Of a stretch of DNA of 64,000 bases, positions 61,539-64,000 are shown in pieces; positions within the stretch are counted from its first letter, which is position 1, and the number at the start of each line of letters is the position of its first letter. Below the pieces are notes generated by a model that was not told the origin of the DNA, made no database searches, and saw only the letters and a list, made by a program, of their open reading frames with translations. The DNA comes from Betaproteobacteria bacterium (GTDB lineage Bacteria; Pseudomonadota; Gammaproteobacteria; Burkholderiales; SG8-39), in assembly GCA_947474715.1 (NCBI GenBank), contig CANJJT010000010.1, forward strand, positions 2,746 through 66,745, given 5' to 3'. Made by a program: the position numbers and the translations under genes.

Positions 61539-62288
61539 ATGGGATTGAGAGTCGAGCGTCATGACAGGGCGGCCGTTCTGGTTTTCGACTGGCCGGAGCG
61601 GCGCAATGCCATCGGACCGGAAGAAGCGCTGGAGATCACCGCAACCCTGAAGGACATCGTCAAGGACCCCGCCGTGTGTGGGGTGGTAATCACCGGAGAA
61701 GGCGCCTTCTGCGCGGGCGGCAACCTCAAGGGCGCCGTGTTCAAGCAGGATACCTCCACCGAAGAACGCAGCGCCGCGGTGTATGGCGCCGTGCACGGCA
61801 TGATGCAGGCCATCGTCAATGTGCCGCTGCCGACGGTGGCCGCCATCGACGGACCGGCCATCGCCCTGGGATTTGACATGGCCCTCGCCTGCGACAGCCG
61901 CTTCATCGGCCCCAAGGGCTGGTGCCTCCAGGGTTGGGGGAAACTCGGTTTCGTGCCCGGCGCCGCCGGCGAGATGCTGCTGCGCTTCCGCTCGCCCGGG
62001 GTGCTGTGGCGCCTGCTCGAGGAACAGCCGCGCATCAATGCCGAACTTGCCGAGAAGCTGAACCTGGGCGAATCCTCGGGGGAATCCACCGCACGCGAGC
62101 GTGCAATCGCACGCGTGAATGCGCTGGCCCCGATGTCGCGCGAAACGCTCGAAGCCTATGTGGATTTGAATCGCGCCGACTTACGCAGCAAAATGGAGCA
62201 CGGTCTTGCCGCCGCAGCCGCCAAGCAGCTGGCACTGCTGACTCGTCCGGGCCTGGAAGACAGGGTCAAGGCCGCCCTTAACAAGTAA
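61539..62288 (+). CDS. Enoyl-CoA hydratase/isomerase family protein (tandem paralog 2)
   Basis: GGGAGG RBS. …LVFDWPERRNA…VVITGEGAFCAGGNLK…AAIDGPAIALGFDMALACDSRFIG… Collinear with paralog 1. Confidence 0.8.
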   Translation: MGLRVERHDRAAVLVFDWPERRNAIGPEEALEITATLKDIVKDPAVCGVVITGEGAFCAGGNLKGAVFKQDTSTEERSAAVYGAVHGMMQAIVNVPLPTVAAIDGPAIALGFDMALACDSRFIGPKGWCLQGWGKLGFVPGAAGEMLLRFRSPGVLWRLLEEQPRINAELAEKLNLGESSGESTARERAIARVNALAPMSRETLEAYVDLNRADLRSKMEHGLAAAAAKQLALLTRPGLEDRVKAALNK

Positions 62289-62314
62289 CCCGCTCATCAT
62301 GACCCGCCCTCTTG

Positions 62315-62513
62315 CTAGTGTCCCGAATCGTAAGTTCGTTGAATTCTGATTGGGCATGAATAAGTCGACATACGTCGGAAAAGTGCCGAAATCGGTGCCA
62401 GACAAGGCGCAAAGCGGAGCAAGCCTGGCTGGCTGGCTTGCGAGCATTTGCAACGCCGCATGGCGCCGATTCTCGGCACTTTTATTCAGCGAATTTGCGA
62501 TTCGGGACACTAG
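62315..62513. repeat. 199-bp long imperfect palindrome (potential long hairpin / MITE-like element)
   Basis: The outer 16 bp are a perfect inverted repeat (CTAGTGTCCCGAATCG … CGATTCGGGACACTAG). The arms stay alignable inward (AAAAGTGCCGA(G)AATCGG(T/C)GCC) to a central AAGCC-TGGCTGGCT-GGCTT. Confidence 0.8.
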
Positions 62514-62571
62514 GGCAGACATGCAAGAGGTCCTGGAATTCCCAACGTCCCAACGCTCTATGGAGTGACCC

Positions 62572-63579
62572 ATGCGTTCAAGCCCGCTTGTGATTGTGAA
62601 GGTCTCCGCGAAACTGCCGGCACTGGCCGGCGGCGTCGCTTGCGCCGTTGCATTATTGCTGCCGTGCTCCGCCTCTTTCGCGCAGAACTATCCGACCAAA
62701 CCGATCAAGCTGGTATTGGCGCAGCCGCCGGGCGGGGCCACGGATCTGTTTGCCCGGCTGCTCACCCAGAAGATGGGCGAATCGATGGGGCAGCCGGTGA
62801 TCATTGACCACAAGCCGGGCGCCAACAATATGATCGCGAACCAGACGGTCGCCGCCGCCCCCAAGGACGGCTACACCCTGCTGATTGGCACCACGGCGCT
62901 GGGCCTCAACCCCATCATGTACAAGAAGCTCAATTACAAGGTGGAGGACTTCGCCCCCATCTCGGTCATTGCGCTGCCGGCCTTCTCCATGAGCATCAAC
63001 AAATCCCTGCCGACGAAATCGCTGAAGGAATTCATCGACTACGTGAAGGCACGCCCGGGCAAAATCAATTACGGCACCCTGGGCAGAGGCAGCACCGGCC
63101 ATCTGCTGGGCAAGATGTTCGAGGAAAGCGCTGGCCTGGACATGCTGGACATCCCCTACAAGGGTGCCGCGGCAGCGCTGTCGGCACTGGTGGCAGGTGA
63201 CGTGCAGGTGTATTTCGACTCCATCACCACCTCCATCCCGCAACTGCGCGCCGGAGCCATCAACGTAATCGGGGTGACCTCGGAGGCGCGTGTGCCCACC
63301 GCCCCGGACGTGCCCACCCTGAAGGAGCAGGGCCTGCCCATGGTGGCCACCAGCTGGTTCGGTGTCCTGGCACCAGCCGGCACTCCCAGGCCCATCATCT
63401 TGAAGCTCAACCGCGAAATCCAGGCGGCCGTGGCCTGGCCCGAATACCAGTCACGCCTCAACGCGGCAGGCGCCACGCCAGCCTCCTCCGCCTCGCCCGA
63501 GGAATTCGCCGCCATGATCCAGAACATGACCGAACTGTGGGGACGAATCCCACGCAAGCTCGGCATGAGCTTTGATTGA
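62572..63579 (+). CDS. Bug family (TctC-like) substrate-binding protein
   Basis: GGAG RBS. Signal peptide. …YPTKPIKLVLAQPPGGATD…, …IPYKGAAAALSALVAGDV…. Confidence 0.85.
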   Translation: MRSSPLVIVKVSAKLPALAGGVACAVALLLPCSASFAQNYPTKPIKLVLAQPPGGATDLFARLLTQKMGESMGQPVIIDHKPGANNMIANQTVAAAPKDGYTLLIGTTALGLNPIMYKKLNYKVEDFAPISVIALPAFSMSINKSLPTKSLKEFIDYVKARPGKINYGTLGRGSTGHLLGKMFEESAGLDMLDIPYKGAAAALSALVAGDVQVYFDSITTSIPQLRAGAINVIGVTSEARVPTAPDVPTLKEQGLPMVATSWFGVLAPAGTPRPIILKLNREIQAAVAWPEYQSRLNAAGATPASSASPEEFAAMIQNMTELWGRIPRKLGMSFD

Positions 63580-63698
63580 AAATTCTGGCACCGCGTGGGA
63601 TGCTGTCCCCTGCGCCCCCTGTACCCCGGTGCCAGACGCTCATTCAGCCTCGCACTTGAAGTTAAAAAAACAGACCGCCCCGAAACAGCGAGACCCGA

Positions 63699-64000
63699 TT
63701 GGCCAAGCGCAAATCTCCGGCTAGTGCCACTGACACCAAGCACGTCACGGGCCATGACATCCAGGACGCATTCAACCCGAGCGTCCCGCTATATCACCAG
63801 ATCTACCTGCAATTGAAAGACGAACTGACTGATGGCATCTGGTATGGCAGCCAAAGCTTCTATGGCGAAGATGAACTGGCCAGAACCTATGGTGTCAGCA
63901 ACATCACCGCCCGCAAGGTGCTGGGCAAGCTCGCCGAAGAAGGCCTGATCCAGAGGAGCCGCGGACGGCGCGCACGCGTGCTGGCGCAGCCGCCAGAAGA
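63699..64000 (+). CDS. GntR-family transcriptional regulator, N-terminal wHTH; 3' end outside window, start uncertain
   Basis: The frame is open from 63666 to the window end and is not in the ORF track. …PLYHQIYLQLKDELTDGIW…GEDELARTYGVSNITARKVLGKLAEEGLIQRSRGRRARV… No in-frame ATG or GTG exists; the only candidate start is the TTG at 63699. Confidence 0.65.
   Translation, partial: MAKRKSPASATDTKHVTGHDIQDAFNPSVPLYHQIYLQLKDELTDGIWYGSQSFYGEDELARTYGVSNITARKVLGKLAEEGLIQRSRGRRARVLAQPPE

Noticed and set aside
62350-62568. 72-aa ORF inside the 199-bp palindrome.
   Set aside because: There is no RBS and no recognisable family. The reading frame runs through both arms of an inverted repeat, so it is more simply explained as a by-product of the repeat.

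Overview
High-GC chromosomal segment, probably betaproteobacterial (Burkholderiales-like). That call rests on seven Bug/TctC-type periplasmic binding proteins and on the mrdA-rodA-rlpA ... dacC-dat-ybeD-lipB-lipA synteny. It is mostly housekeeping and catabolic DNA. I saw no rRNA, tRNA, CRISPR array, IS transposase, integrase or recognisable defence genes.

Layout:
- 1-14.2 kb: cell-wall and lipoate cluster, with tandem rlpA paralogs. It is interrupted by about 4.6 kb of accessory genes: an MBL lipoprotein and two paralogous GT-like genes sandwiching a Bug gene.
- 14.5-20.4 kb: fatty-acid desaturase, then a Bug + Fe-ADH-like + CoA-transferase module.
- 20.8-27 kb: a 1254-aa DUF748/AsmA-like protein, a small basic protein, a zinc-ribbon/HExxH membrane protein, an orphan receiver, a porin remnant and an AT-rich island.
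- 27-33.7 kb: racemase-like + Bug, frmA divergent from a gloB-like gene, an orphan pilT and an LLM oxidoreductase.
- 33.8-47.1 kb: complete glycogen cluster (glk, glgC, malQ-glgX-glgB-glgP-glgA).
- 47.6-64 kb: transglutaminase-like and alpha/beta hydrolase genes, then a compositionally distinct CoA-dependent organic-acid catabolic island with four Bug genes and a GntR regulator.

The least explained signals are non-coding. One is a MITE-like inverted-repeat family (two full copies and one solo arm) whose arms carry a hairpin that differs in sequence but keeps its pairing in every copy. The other is a 199-bp long imperfect palindrome inside the catabolic island. All functional calls come from motif and family recognition by eye; no searches were run.
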